From: Candidatus Pacearchaeota archaeon
GTDB taxonomy: Archaea; Nanobdellota; Nanobdellia; Pacearchaeales; GW2011-AR1
Direction: 5' to 3'
Assembly (NCBI GenBank): GCA_023139205.1
Contig: JAGLOA010000003.1
Location: forward strand, 1,779-65,778
DNA length: 64,000 nucleotides
Positions within the stretch are counted from its first letter, which is position 1; every line of letters starts with the position of its first letter. The notes under the pieces are model-generated. The model did no database searches. It saw only the letters and a program-made list of their open reading frames with translations, and was not told the DNA's origin. Positions 1-9,054 of this stretch are shown here, piece by piece. The translations under genes and the position numbers were made by a program.

Positions 1-1
1 C

Positions 2-493
2 ACAACAAATCTTTCTGCAAAAACTTTAGCAAAATTAAAAAAAGAAGATTTACCTGCAAAGTTTTTTGCCTTAGGAAAAGTTCTAAGAAATGAAACAGTA
101 GATTGGAGCCATGGATTTGAATTTTATCAAACAGAAGGAATCGTAGTTGATGAAAATGCAAACTTCAGACATTTACTGGGATACTTAAAACAATTCTATA
201 CTAAAATGGGTTTTGAAAAAATAAGATTTGCTCCAGCATATTTTCCCTACACAGAACCTTCAGTAGAAATTCATGTCTGGCACCCTGAAAAAAAAGTCTG
301 GCTTGAATTAGGCGGGGCAGGGATTTTCCGTCCAGAAATATCAATTCCCTTGTTAGGGAAAAAAGTTCCGATATTAGCTTGGGGGCAGGGATTTGACAGG
401 ATAATTATGGACTATTACAAAATAAAAGATTTAAGAGAACTTTACAAAAATGATTTAACTAAATTAAGAAAAATGAAACACTGGATGAAATGA
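2..493 (+). CDS. pheS: Phenylalanyl-tRNA synthetase alpha subunit, C-terminal part (truncated by window start)
   Basis: Frame open from base 2: ...GKVLRNETVDWSHGFEFYQTEG...RFAPAYFPYTEPS...ELGGAGIFRPE...AWGQGFDRI (class II motifs 2 and 3); followed by pheT. Confidence 0.95.
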   Translation, partial: TTNLSAKTLAKLKKEDLPAKFFALGKVLRNETVDWSHGFEFYQTEGIVVDENANFRHLLGYLKQFYTKMGFEKIRFAPAYFPYTEPSVEIHVWHPEKKVWLELGGAGIFRPEISIPLLGKKVPILAWGQGFDRIIMDYYKIKDLRELYKNDLTKLRKMKHWMK

Positions 494-507
494 AAAATAA
501 AATAAAT

Positions 508-556
508 ATGCGATTTTCGTCGGAGGCAATTAAAAAAATCGCCCTTCCGTGTCGAG
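508..556. repeat. GC-rich palindromic cassette, intergenic copy
   Basis: ATGCGATTTTCGTCGGAGGCAATTAAAAAAATCGCCCTT; stem GCGATTTT/AAAATCGC; homologous to 7174-7225 inside nth. Confidence 0.8.
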
Positions 557-590
557 TGGAAAATAGAAAAAAACCTGGAGGTTGTTTTCA

Positions 591-2237
591 ATGGCAAACA
601 TAAACTTGAACAAAAAACAATTTGAAAAAGAAATAGGAAAATTAAATGAAAAAATGCAAAATAAAATTGCAATGTTTGGGTCTCCTTTAGAAAGTTTTGA
701 CAATGAAAAAATTGAATTAGAAATTTTCCCAGACAGACCAGACTTACTTTCCTATCAGGGATTCAAAAGATCTTTTTTAGCATTCTTAGAAAAAAAACCA
801 GGATTAAAAGAATACAAACTAAATAAACCAAAAAAAGATTACAAAGTAATAATCGACTCTTCTGTAAAAAAAATCCGTCCTTACACTGTTTGTGCAATTG
901 TAAAAAATTTGAAATTTGATGATGAAAAAATAATTGAAATAATTGAAATGCAGGAAAAACTCCACACTACAATTGGACGAAAAAGAAAAAAAGCAGCAAT
1001 TGGAATTTACCCTCTTGAAAAAATAAAACTTCCCATAACTTACAAAGCAATTGAACCAGATAAAATTAAATTTATACCTCTTGAATCAGAAAGAGAAATG
1101 TCAGGACTTCAAATTTTACAAAGACATTCAACCGGAAGAGAATATGCTCATTTACTAGCAGGAAAAGAAAAATTCCCAATATTCTCAGATGCGAATAAAA
1201 ATATCCTAAGTATGCCTCCAATAATAAATTCCCAATTAACAGGAAAAGTAAATGAAAAAACAAAAGATGTTTTTGTAGAATGTTCTGGTTTTGATTTAAA
1301 GGTATTAGAAAAATGCCTGAATATAATTGTAACAAGTCTGGCAGACATGGGAGGAGAAATTTATCAAATGGAATTAAAAGATTCAAAGAAAAAAATAACT
1401 CCTGACTTAACACCAGAAAAAACAAAAATATCTTTAGAAAACACCAACAAATTACTGGGATTAAACCTAACCCTAAAAGAATTACAAAAATTACTAGAAA
1501 AAATGGGACATAATTGCAATAAAAATAATGTAAAAATAGCTCCTTGGAGAACAGATATTTTACATGAAGTTGATTTAATTGAGGATGTCGCAATTGCCTA
1601 TGGTTATGACAAATTTGAACCAGAAATCCCAAAAATAGCAACTATTGGAAAAGAAGATAAAAAAGAATCAATCAAAAGAAAAATCTCAGAAATACTTGCT
1701 GGACTTAAAATGTTAGAAATATCAAACTATCATTTAACAACTAACCAAGACCAATTTACAAAAATGGGAATACCAAAAAAACAAGAAAAAGATTTCATAG
1801 AACTAGAAGAATCTAAAACCAATTATTCAATACTAAGAAAAGACCTGACTCATTATTTAATGAAAATTCTTTCTGGAAACATAGATTCAGAATATCCTCA
1901 ACAAATTTTTGAAACAGGGAAAGTTTTTCAGTTAAATAAAGAGAAAATAAATGAAAAACAAAATCTTGCAGTAGCACTTGCTCCGGGAAATTTTACAGAA
2001 GTAAAACAAATTCTTAAATATTTTTTTAAAATGATTAATTTAGAAATAAAATTAAAAGAACCTGAAAAACCAAGTCCTTGGTTTATTGAAGGAAGAACAG
2101 CAGAAATTATTTTCAAAGATAAGACTTTAGGATTTATAGGAGAAATTCATCCAAGAATATTAAAAAATTGGAGAATAAAAATGCCAGTTGCACTTTTTGA
2201 AATAGAATTAGAAGAAATCTTTAGAGAATTAATTTAA
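591..2237 (+). CDS. pheT: Phenylalanyl-tRNA synthetase beta subunit
   Basis: PDRPDLLS, RPYTVCA, QEKLH, LSMPPIINS, R-DILHE-DLIEDVAIAYG; ATG at 591 after GGAGG. Confidence 0.95.
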   Translation: MANINLNKKQFEKEIGKLNEKMQNKIAMFGSPLESFDNEKIELEIFPDRPDLLSYQGFKRSFLAFLEKKPGLKEYKLNKPKKDYKVIIDSSVKKIRPYTVCAIVKNLKFDDEKIIEIIEMQEKLHTTIGRKRKKAAIGIYPLEKIKLPITYKAIEPDKIKFIPLESEREMSGLQILQRHSTGREYAHLLAGKEKFPIFSDANKNILSMPPIINSQLTGKVNEKTKDVFVECSGFDLKVLEKCLNIIVTSLADMGGEIYQMELKDSKKKITPDLTPEKTKISLENTNKLLGLNLTLKELQKLLEKMGHNCNKNNVKIAPWRTDILHEVDLIEDVAIAYGYDKFEPEIPKIATIGKEDKKESIKRKISEILAGLKMLEISNYHLTTNQDQFTKMGIPKKQEKDFIELEESKTNYSILRKDLTHYLMKILSGNIDSEYPQQIFETGKVFQLNKEKINEKQNLAVALAPGNFTEVKQILKYFFKMINLEIKLKEPEKPSPWFIEGRTAEIIFKDKTLGFIGEIHPRILKNWRIKMPVALFEIELEEIFRELI

Positions 2238-2355
2238 AAAATTATTATTTTAATTTAAATCTAAATTATATAATTCTTGTATTTCTTCTTCACTCAAAAC
2301 TCTATTCAAAATAATCCTTCCGAAGAATTTCGCAGAATATTCTACGCAGGTTACT

Positions 2356-2844
2356 TCAACCAAAGTAACCTTTTCCATTTACTTCAGATTTATTATCCCA
2401 ATTCTTTTTTATAACTTCAACAATTTTTAATAAATCTTTTTTAATTTCCTGCCAAACTTTATAAGATTCTTTAATAAAATCTATTTCCTTTTTTTCAGAA
2501 AATTCAATATCTAATTCAATTAAATTAACTTCAATTTTTGCTAATTTTTTATAAGCATCTGTTAATTTATTTTTTTCTTCAATTCCAATTGATTTTACAA
2601 TAGAAAAAACAAACATTGGAGAATTAACCGGATGCAAAAGAGCTTCTACAAACCTAAGATAATTTGAAAACTTATCTGCCATAAATCTTCTTATTTCTCT
2701 GATCAAAAAATCTGTTTCAACATCTGCAAGCTTCTCTATCTGAAAATCCTCATTAAATTTCTCAAAATCAGGTAAATTAAATTTTTCCTTGATTTTCCCA
2801 TAACTTTCTTTTAAATTTTCTAAATCTGATTTTTTCTCCATCAT
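2356..2844 (-). CDS. Hypothetical protein
   Basis: About 160-aa ORF with host-like composition; no motif recognised. Confidence 0.7.
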   Translation of the reverse strand: MMEKKSDLENLKESYGKIKEKFNLPDFEKFNEDFQIEKLADVETDFLIREIRRFMADKFSNYLRFVEALLHPVNSPMFVFSIVKSIGIEEKNKLTDAYKKLAKIEVNLIELDIEFSEKKEIDFIKESYKVWQEIKKDLLKIVEVIKKNWDNKSEVNGKGYFG

Positions 2845-2879
2845 AGATTTCAAGAATAAGCTTTTATAAATTTAATGCA

Positions 2880-2954
2880 AGCCACTTCTGAGATTCGAAC
2901 TCAGGACCTCTTCATTACCAATGAAGTGCTCTTCCAAAACTGAGCTAAAGTGGC
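2880..2954 (-). tRNA. tRNA-Thr(GGT)
   Basis: Reverse complement GCCACTT...CTTCA-TT-GGT-AA-TGAAG...GTTCGAATC...AAGTGGC folds as a cloverleaf. Confidence 0.95.
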
Positions 2955-2996
2955 ACAACATTAATTAAAAAAGATCCTATAAAAAATTATTTATAA

Positions 2997-3278
2997 TTAC
3001 TTTTTAGCAAATTTAAGAACAATAAATATCAAAAGCACAATTAAAAATGCAAATGAAATAAATCCAAAAACCATAGCCAAAAGTAAAAACAAATTCTTAA
3101 GGAGAACTGCACTTAAAAAATTATACAAAACAAAACACACTACAGAAAATATTGCAAATAAAATCAAATTCCTCACAATAAGTTTAATTTTTTTCTTAGT
3201 TGCACGAACTGGTTTTTTCGAAATTTTTCGAACAACTTTCTTCTTAGAATCTTTTTTCACACTCTTTTTCTTAGCCAT
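2997..3278 (-). CDS. Small membrane protein (basic N-terminus, 2 TM)
   Basis: Lys-rich N-terminus then two hydrophobic segments. Confidence 0.7.
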   Translation of the reverse strand: MAKKKSVKKDSKKKVVRKISKKPVRATKKKIKLIVRNLILFAIFSVVCFVLYNFLSAVLLKNLFLLLAMVFGFISFAFLIVLLIFIVLKFAKK

Positions 3279-3313
3279 TTTATAATATATAATAAAGCAT
3301 ATAGTTTTTAAAT

Positions 3314-3616
3314 TTATCCTGAAGTAACATTTCCTTTCCAGTTCATCTTAATAGCATTCACAGTTATTGATTTTAAATTATTAAAAAAAGAACCGAACCA
3401 AACAAAATAAAGACTAGATGCCTCCTTTAATCCATCAATAGTTCTAAAATTAACTTCTTTTCCTTCAAAAACATAACCAGAAGTTACATAAAGAAATAAT
3501 ATCATAGCAATTAACAAAATAGCAAAAATTTTATGTTTCATCCTCTTTAATTCAACAATAACCCAAATAGCTATAACCAAAGAAGCTACAAGGAGTATCG
3601 CAACACCGATTTCCAT
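3314..3616 (-). CDS. Small membrane protein
   Basis: Two N-terminal hydrophobic helices. Confidence 0.7.
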   Translation of the reverse strand: MEIGVAILLVASLVIAIWVIVELKRMKHKIFAILLIAMILFLYVTSGYVFEGKEVNFRTIDGLKEASSLYFVWFGSFFNNLKSITVNAIKMNWKGNVTSG

Positions 3617-3652
3617 AACAATTAAAATAAAAACAAGTATAAAAATATTTCT

Positions 3653-3780
3653 AATAGCCCCACCAGAATTCTCAAAGAAGTTCTCGCCTGTCTTTCAGGT
3701 TCTCGCACCCTTTTTTATGATGTGCTCTTTTTGGATATCGGGGCCTTGGAGGTCATCCCTTGGGAAACCTTGGTTCGAAA
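3653..3780. repeat. GC-rich palindromic cassette with degenerate copy of the tRNA-Gln 3' end
   Basis: AATAGCCCCACCAGAATTC (3653) resembles AATAGCCCTACCAGGATTC (3780); interior shares AGAAGTTCTCGC and GGAGGTCATCCCxTGGGAA with the valS insertion. Confidence 0.75.
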
Positions 3781-3781
3781 A

Positions 3782-3854
3782 TAGCCCTACCAGGATTCGA
3801 ACCTGGGTCACAAGGTTCAGAACCTTGCATACTTGACCACTATACTATGGGGCT
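3782..3854 (-). tRNA. tRNA-Gln(CTG)
   Basis: Reverse complement AGCCCCATAGTATAGTGG...CAAGG-TT-CTG-AA-CCTTG...GGTTCGAATCC...TAGGGCT. Confidence 0.95.
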
Positions 3855-3930
3855 TGATATTTTTACAAATTAAAACTATTAAAAACTTCCGAATCAATAA
3901 ATTTAAAGAATACTTCTTCTTTAAAAATAA

Positions 3931-4182
3931 ATAGAAGAAAAAGAGATAGGGAAAGTCTCTACTTATTTCAGACAGGTGAATGTAGCTGCCATAAAACTTT
4001 CAGATAATTTGAAAGTAGGCGACAAAATACAAATCAAAGGGCATACAACTAAATTAGAACAAGAAGTAAAAAAGATCCAAATAGATAGAAAAGAGGGTAC
4101 AGAAGCAAAAAAAGGTGACCATACAGGAATAAAGGTTTCTGAAAAAGTTCGACCAAATGACAAAGTTTTTCTAGTAGAATAA
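3931..4182 (+). CDS. Translation elongation factor-like beta-barrel protein (EF-Tu domain II / peptidase U32 C-terminal-like)
   Basis: (I)EEKEIGKVSTYFRQVNVAAIKL..LKVGDKIQIKGHTT..QEV..IQID..AKKGD..GIKV.EKVRPNDKVF; expected start position is ATA at 3931. Confidence 0.7.
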   Translation: MEEKEIGKVSTYFRQVNVAAIKLSDNLKVGDKIQIKGHTTKLEQEVKKIQIDRKEGTEAKKGDHTGIKVSEKVRPNDKVFLVE

Positions 4183-4218
4183 AATTTATAAAAGAATTTC
4201 AACTTATTTTTCTTAAAT

Positions 4219-4379
4219 GCCCCTGTAGTCTAGAGGCCAAGGATGCCACCCTCTCAAATCAGATTAAGAGAAAGAGGTGATTTAGTCTCGGTGAGAGAAA
4301 AAGTCTATGCATCTCAATGCAGCCTTTTCTCTGTATTTGGAGAACGGTGGTGACCCGAGTTCAAATCTCGGCAGGGGCG
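4219..4379 (+). tRNA. tRNA-Glu(CTC) with 88-nt intron (4257-4344) at position 37/38
   Basis: GCCCCTG...CCACC-CT-CTC-A|intron|C-GGTGG-TGAC-CCGAG-TTCAAAT-CTCGG-CAGGGGC; CTCT/GGAG helix with 3-nt bulges resembles a BHB splice motif. Confidence 0.9.
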
Positions 4380-4576
4380 TTTTACAGATGCATTCGTTAT
4401 TCATACATAAAACAAGAATGTATCTGTCCGATATTCGGACAAATTAGTTTAAACAAAAAAAGGAAGCTTCTAAAAGAAACCATTGGTGTCTTTTAAGTTC
4501 AAATTTTGGAAGGGGCGTTCAACTATAATTTTAAAAAGAGTTTGAGATTTATATTAAAAAAGAGGAATTTTTCAAA

Positions 4577-5134
4577 ATGTCTTGGTTTGAAGTTGAAACA
4601 AAAGTCAAAATAAAAAACATAAAAGATCTAAAAAGAAAAGTAAAAAAAATTGCTAATCTAAAAAAGAAAGAGATAAAAAAAGATAATTATTTTTCTTTAA
4701 CAAAAAAAGAATATCCAATAAAAGCATTTAGAATAAGAACTAACGGAAAAGAACATGTGGTTAATTTCAAAAAATGGGTTAAAAAAGATTGGGACAAAAA
4801 CATTGTTGTTAAAGAAGAATTTGAATTCCAGGTAAAAAATCCAGAAATTTTTTTAGCTTTAATGAAAGACTTAGGTTTTGAACAATGGATTAATAAAACA
4901 AAAAATTCTGAAATTTATTCACACAAAAAATATAAAAAATTAACAATTGAATTAAACAATGTAAAAAAATTAGGAGATTTTATGGAAATAGAATATCTTG
5001 CTAAAAAAAATGAAATAAATAAAGCTAAAAAAATAATAAGAAAAACCTTAAAACAATTAGAAATAAATCCTTCTCAAATAAATAATACTGGCTACACAAA
5101 AATGCTTTGGAAAATAAAAAATGAAAAAAAATAA
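4577..5134 (+). CDS. cyaB: Class IV adenylate cyclase / CYTH domain protein
   Basis: N-terminal EVETK, D-NYF, FRIR, EEFE, LG-FMEIE, GYTKML. Confidence 0.85.
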   Translation: MSWFEVETKVKIKNIKDLKRKVKKIANLKKKEIKKDNYFSLTKKEYPIKAFRIRTNGKEHVVNFKKWVKKDWDKNIVVKEEFEFQVKNPEIFLALMKDLGFEQWINKTKNSEIYSHKKYKKLTIELNNVKKLGDFMEIEYLAKKNEINKAKKIIRKTLKQLEINPSQINNTGYTKMLWKIKNEKK

Positions 5135-6197
5135 GAAAATACTTGTATTTAATGTGGGAAGTTCCAGCATAAAATATAGTTTATTTCATAATCTGAAAAG
5201 AATAAGTTCTGGGAACAAAGAAAGATTAAAAACAAAACACGATTATCAAAAAGCAGTAAAAGAAATACTTGAAAAATTCAAACAAGAAAAAATAAATTTA
5301 ATTGCCCACAGAGTAGTTCATGGAGGGGATTTAAATAAGCCCTCCAAAATAAACAGAGAAATAAAAAATAAAATAAAAGAATTTTCTGAATTTGCACCAT
5401 TGCATAATCCAAAACAATTAATGGTCATAGAATTAATTGACGCCGAAGGTGATCCCTCTGGGAAGAAAAATTCCAAAATTCCTCAATACGCTCTTTTTGA
5501 TACAATGTTTTTCTCAGACCTTCCAGAAGTTTCAAAAACTTACGCAATTCCAAAAGCACTTACAAAAAAATTAAACATAAGAAGATATGGCTTTCATGGA
5601 TTTTCTCATCATTATGTTTCAAAATCATTAAAAGGGAAAACAATCACTTGCCACCTTGGTTCTGGATCAAGTATTTCTGCAATAATTAATGGAAAACCAA
5701 TAGACACAAGCATGGGACTAACTCCTTTAGAAGGTTTAATCATGGGAACTCGCTCAGGAAACATAGATCCTGGATTAATTCTTTATTTAGAGAAAAAAGG
5801 ATATAACACAAATGAGATATTAAATAAAAAATCAGGACTAAAAGGAATTTGCGGACACAATGACTTTAGAGATATATTACAAAAAATGAATAAAGATAAA
5901 AATTGTAAACTTGCTTATAACATGTTCATTTATAGAATAGTAAAAATAATTGGTTCATACATTACAGCAATGAATGGTCTAAACAATCTTGTTTTCACAG
6001 CAGCAATAGGGGAAAATGTTCCAAGATTAAGAAAAGACATTTGTAAACAATTAAGCTTCATGAAATTAAAATTAAACAAAAAGAAAAATCAAAAAAACAA
6101 AGAAATAATTTCTTCAATAAACTCAAAAGTAAAAGTTTTTGTTAAAAAAACTAATGAAGAACAAATGATTGTTGAGGAGGTTTTAAAATGCCTTTAA
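5121..6197 (+). CDS. ackA: Acetate/propionate kinase
   Basis: NVGSSSIKY, HRVVHGG, APLHN, RRYGFHGFSH, TCHLGSGSS, DTSMGLTPLEG, TRSG-IDP, AIGEN, TNEE. Confidence 0.95.
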   Translation: MKKNKKILVFNVGSSSIKYSLFHNLKRISSGNKERLKTKHDYQKAVKEILEKFKQEKINLIAHRVVHGGDLNKPSKINREIKNKIKEFSEFAPLHNPKQLMVIELIDAEGDPSGKKNSKIPQYALFDTMFFSDLPEVSKTYAIPKALTKKLNIRRYGFHGFSHHYVSKSLKGKTITCHLGSGSSISAIINGKPIDTSMGLTPLEGLIMGTRSGNIDPGLILYLEKKGYNTNEILNKKSGLKGICGHNDFRDILQKMNKDKNCKLAYNMFIYRIVKIIGSYITAMNGLNNLVFTAAIGENVPRLRKDICKQLSFMKLKLNKKKNQKNKEIISSINSKVKVFVKKTNEEQMIVEEVLKCL

Positions 6198-6763
6198 AAA
6201 TTCCAGTTGAAATATCTGCAAGACACATCCATCTTTCAGAAAGAGATTTTGAAAAATTATTTGGAAAAAACAAAAAACTAACACCAATAAAAAAAATCTC
6301 TCAACCAATGCAATTTGCATCAAAAGAAGTTGTTGAGTTAGTTAACAAGAAAAATAAAATCGAAAATGTAAGAATTCTGGGTCCATTTAGAAAAAAATCT
6401 CAAATTGAAATTTCATTAACAGATGCTTATCATTTAAAATTAAAACCCTTGCCAAAAATAAAATTATCCGGAGATCTAACAGGAACTTGTAAAGTCTTAG
6501 TTAAAGGTCCAAAAACAAATATTAAAATTCCTTGCATAATTGCAAAAAGGCATTTACATGCTTCAGAGGAAGAAGCAAAAAAACTCAAAGTAAAAAACAA
6601 TCAAAAAATTTCCATAAAAGTAAAAAGTGAAAGAGAAATAACTTTTCATAACATAATTACAAGAATTTCAAACAAATACAAACTTGCATTGCATTTTGAC
6701 ACAGATGAAGGAAATGCTGCAGGAATAACAGAAAAAACTTTTGGGGAAATAAAAAAGTATTAA
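6188..6763 (+). CDS. pduL: Phosphate propanoyltransferase/acetyltransferase, PduL family
   Basis: SARHIHL, ISQP-QFA, VRILGP-R, SGDL, IA-RHLH, H-DTDEGNA. Confidence 0.93.
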   Translation: MPLKIPVEISARHIHLSERDFEKLFGKNKKLTPIKKISQPMQFASKEVVELVNKKNKIENVRILGPFRKKSQIEISLTDAYHLKLKPLPKIKLSGDLTGTCKVLVKGPKTNIKIPCIIAKRHLHASEEEAKKLKVKNNQKISIKVKSEREITFHNIITRISNKYKLALHFDTDEGNAAGITEKTFGEIKKY

Positions 6764-6795
6764 AAACTCTAAAACCCAGATAGTGGAGTATAAAA

Positions 6796-7077
6796 ATGGA
6801 AAAACCAAAACCCTTAACAAAAAGACAAAAAATAATTGTAAAAACAAAAGCTTCTGCAAAAAAATTAAAAAGAGAAATAAAAAAATCAATAAGTACTGCA
6901 ATTGTTGCTGCATTTGGTTTTTTAATTGCTTTGTCTTGGAGAGATGTAATAAAAGAATACGTTAATAAAATTTCCTCTCTAAGCCCTATTCAGGGGAATC
7001 TAATTAGTGCTGTAATAATAACGATTATTTCTGTAATTGGAATTTTAATTATTACCAAATTTTTATCAGGAGAATGA
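6796..7077 (+). CDS. Small 2-TM membrane protein (DUF5654-like)
   Basis: AAFGFLIALSWRDVI motif, two hydrophobic helices. Confidence 0.7.
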   Translation: MEKPKPLTKRQKIIVKTKASAKKLKREIKKSISTAIVAAFGFLIALSWRDVIKEYVNKISSLSPIQGNLISAVIITIISVIGILIITKFLSGE

Positions 7078-7817
7078 ACCATAAGAATATTTTTCAGATA
7101 ATGAAAATACTTTCAAAAAAATATATTTTTACTGAAAAAACAACTTTAAATCGCATGCGAAAAAAACACAGCAATGCGACTTTCATCGGAGGCAAAGAAA
7201 AAAAGTCGCCCTTAAGTGCTTCGAGGAAGGAGCGCGAGGAAAATCAAGGGGTTTCCTCGCACGCTTTTAAAATATTGATTTCTTGCTTATTATCATTAAG
7301 AGCAAGAGATGAAAACACAAAAAAGGTTTCAAAAAAATTATTCACAATAGCAGACACCCCAAAAAAGATTTCAGCAATTCCTCTAAAAAAATTAGAAAAA
7401 ATAATCTACAGCTCAGGGCATTATAAGAAAAAAGCAAAAACTCTCAAACACGTTTCAAGTGAACTTATCAAAAAATTCAATTCAAAAGTTCCTGACACAA
7501 AAGAAGAATTACTGAGCATAAAAGGGATTGGACCAAAAACAGCAAACATTGTTTTAGCGTTTGCTTTTAATAAATTAGTTCTGCCAATTGATACTCATTG
7601 TCATAGAATCCCCAACAGACTTGGCTGGGTAAAAACAAAAACAGCTGAAAAAACAGAAAAACAATTAGAAAAAATTCTTGAAAAGAGATATTGGTCAAAC
7701 TTCAATGCAATCTTTGTTCAGTTTGGAAGAGAAATCTGCCAACCAATATCTCCGTGGTGTTCTAAATGTCCCCTTAAAAAATATTGCCCAAAAATTGGAG
7801 TTATTAAAAGAAGATAA
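7074..7817 (+). CDS. nth: Endonuclease III with about 30-aa in-frame palindromic insertion
   Basis: FKILISCLLS, HhH LLSIKGIGPKTA, IDTH, Fe-S motif C-x6-C-x2-C-x5-C. Confidence 0.93.
   Translation: MNHKNIFQIMKILSKKYIFTEKTTLNRMRKKHSNATFIGGKEKKSPLSASRKEREENQGVSSHAFKILISCLLSLRARDENTKKVSKKLFTIADTPKKISAIPLKKLEKIIYSSGHYKKKAKTLKHVSSELIKKFNSKVPDTKEELLSIKGIGPKTANIVLAFAFNKLVLPIDTHCHRIPNRLGWVKTKTAEKTEKQLEKILEKRYWSNFNAIFVQFGREICQPISPWCSKCPLKKYCPKIGVIKRR
7174..7264. repeat. GC-rich palindromic cassette inserted in frame in nth
   Basis: Stems GCGACTTT/AAAGTCGC and GCGAGGAAA/TTTCCTCGC; first half matches 508-556; 7241-7260 is identical to 9549-9568. Confidence 0.85.
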
Positions 7818-7852
7818 CAAACTTTAAAAACCAATTTCTCTAAAATTTAATT

Positions 7853-7969
7853 ATGAAACGGTCATCAAGAAGATGGAAGAAAAAAGGTCAAATGCGTTGG
7901 AAATGGCAGCGTAAAAGACTTAGAAAAGAAAAGCATAAAAGAAAGCTAAGAAAAGCTAGAAGCAAATAA
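7853..7969 (+). CDS. rpl41e: Ribosomal protein eL41 (L41e)
   Basis: Not in the ORF track; reads MKRSSRRWKKKGQMRWKWQRKRLRKEKHKRKLRKARSK*, with the archaeal L41e MRWKW core. Confidence 0.85.
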   Translation: MKRSSRRWKKKGQMRWKWQRKRLRKEKHKRKLRKARSK

Positions 7970-8028
7970 TTCTAAATATATTCCCGCATCAGCATAATCT
8001 TTATTAACCAATTTTCAATAAAATAAAT

Positions 8029-8988
8029 ATGGTGAGCGGAATTTGGACTGAAAAATACAGACCATCTCAATTCTTAGAGATCGTTGGTCAGGATGATATT
8101 ATCAAAAGAGTAAAAGCCCTGACAAACTCTCTAAACATACCTCATTTGCTCTTTGCAGGACCAGCAGGAACAGGAAAATCAACCCTTGCCTTAGTAGTTG
8201 TAAAAGAACTTTTCAAAGAAACCTGGAAAGAAAACTACCTTGAATTAAATGCTTCTGATGAAAGAGGAATTAATGTAGTAAGAGAAAAAGTAAAAAGTTT
8301 TGCAAGGACAAAATCATTAGGAAATGTCCCATTTAAAGTGATTTTTCTGGATGAAGCAGACGCTTTAACACCTGAAGCTCAACAAGCATTAAGAAGAACA
8401 ATGGAAAATTATGCTGCAACATGTAGATTTATTCTTTCCTGCAATTATTCAAGCAAAATAATTGATCCAATTCAATCAAGATGTGCGATTTTTAGATTTA
8501 AACTTCTTGAAAAAATAGATATTGAAAAAATAATCAAAAGAATATCAGAAACTGAAAACCTAACAATCTCACCAGAAGCAGCAGAAATTCTATATGAAGG
8601 AAGTGAAGGAGATTGCAGAAAATGTATTAACATCTTACAATCAACAGCTTCAATTTCTCCTTCAATTACTGAAGATCTTGTTTCAACAATGATCTCCAAC
8701 ACAAGACCAAAAGATATCAAAATTGTATTAGACTATGCATTATCTGGAGATTTTCAGAAATCAAGAGAAAAACTTTTAGATATGATGCTTAGAGAAAGCA
8801 TCTCAGGGCAAGATGTAATTAAAGCAATTCAAAAAGAAGTTTGGAACCTTCCAATTGAACCAGAAATCAAAGTCAAATTAACAGAAAAAACAGGTGAAAC
8901 AGAATTCAGAATAGTTGAAGGCTCTGACCCATTTGTTCAACTACAATCTCTTCTAGCAAGTTTTGTCTTGGCAGGATTAGGAAAATGA
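8029..8988 (+). CDS. rfcS: Replication factor C small subunit
   Basis: WTEKYRP, GPAGTGKS, ELNASDERG, DEAD, ALRRTME, IQSRC. Confidence 0.97.
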   Translation: MVSGIWTEKYRPSQFLEIVGQDDIIKRVKALTNSLNIPHLLFAGPAGTGKSTLALVVVKELFKETWKENYLELNASDERGINVVREKVKSFARTKSLGNVPFKVIFLDEADALTPEAQQALRRTMENYAATCRFILSCNYSSKIIDPIQSRCAIFRFKLLEKIDIEKIIKRISETENLTISPEAAEILYEGSEGDCRKCINILQSTASISPSITEDLVSTMISNTRPKDIKIVLDYALSGDFQKSREKLLDMMLRESISGQDVIKAIQKEVWNLPIEPEIKVKLTEKTGETEFRIVEGSDPFVQLQSLLASFVLAGLGK

Positions 8989-9051
8989 TGTTAAAAAGTG
9001 CCAAGATTCTTGTGCCCCGAAGGGGTATATTGGCTGGATTAGGGAAGGTGT
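8968..9051. repeat. Hairpin cassette flanked by degenerate duplication of the rfcS 3' end
   Basis: TTGGCAGGATTAGGAAA recurs as TTGGCTGGATTAGGGAA; between them TGCCCC-GAA-GGGGTA inside GCCAA/TTGGC. Confidence 0.65.
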
Positions 9052-9054
9052 AAA

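Noticed and set aside
1072-1641. 189-aa hydrophobic antisense ORF (and many similar F/L/I-rich shadows)
   Set aside because: Reverse complement of A-rich coding sequence; fully overlaps a real gene
2315-2352. Short GC patch CCTTCCGAAGAATTTCGCAG
   Set aside because: May be a decayed hairpin cassette, but there is no clear module match to the others
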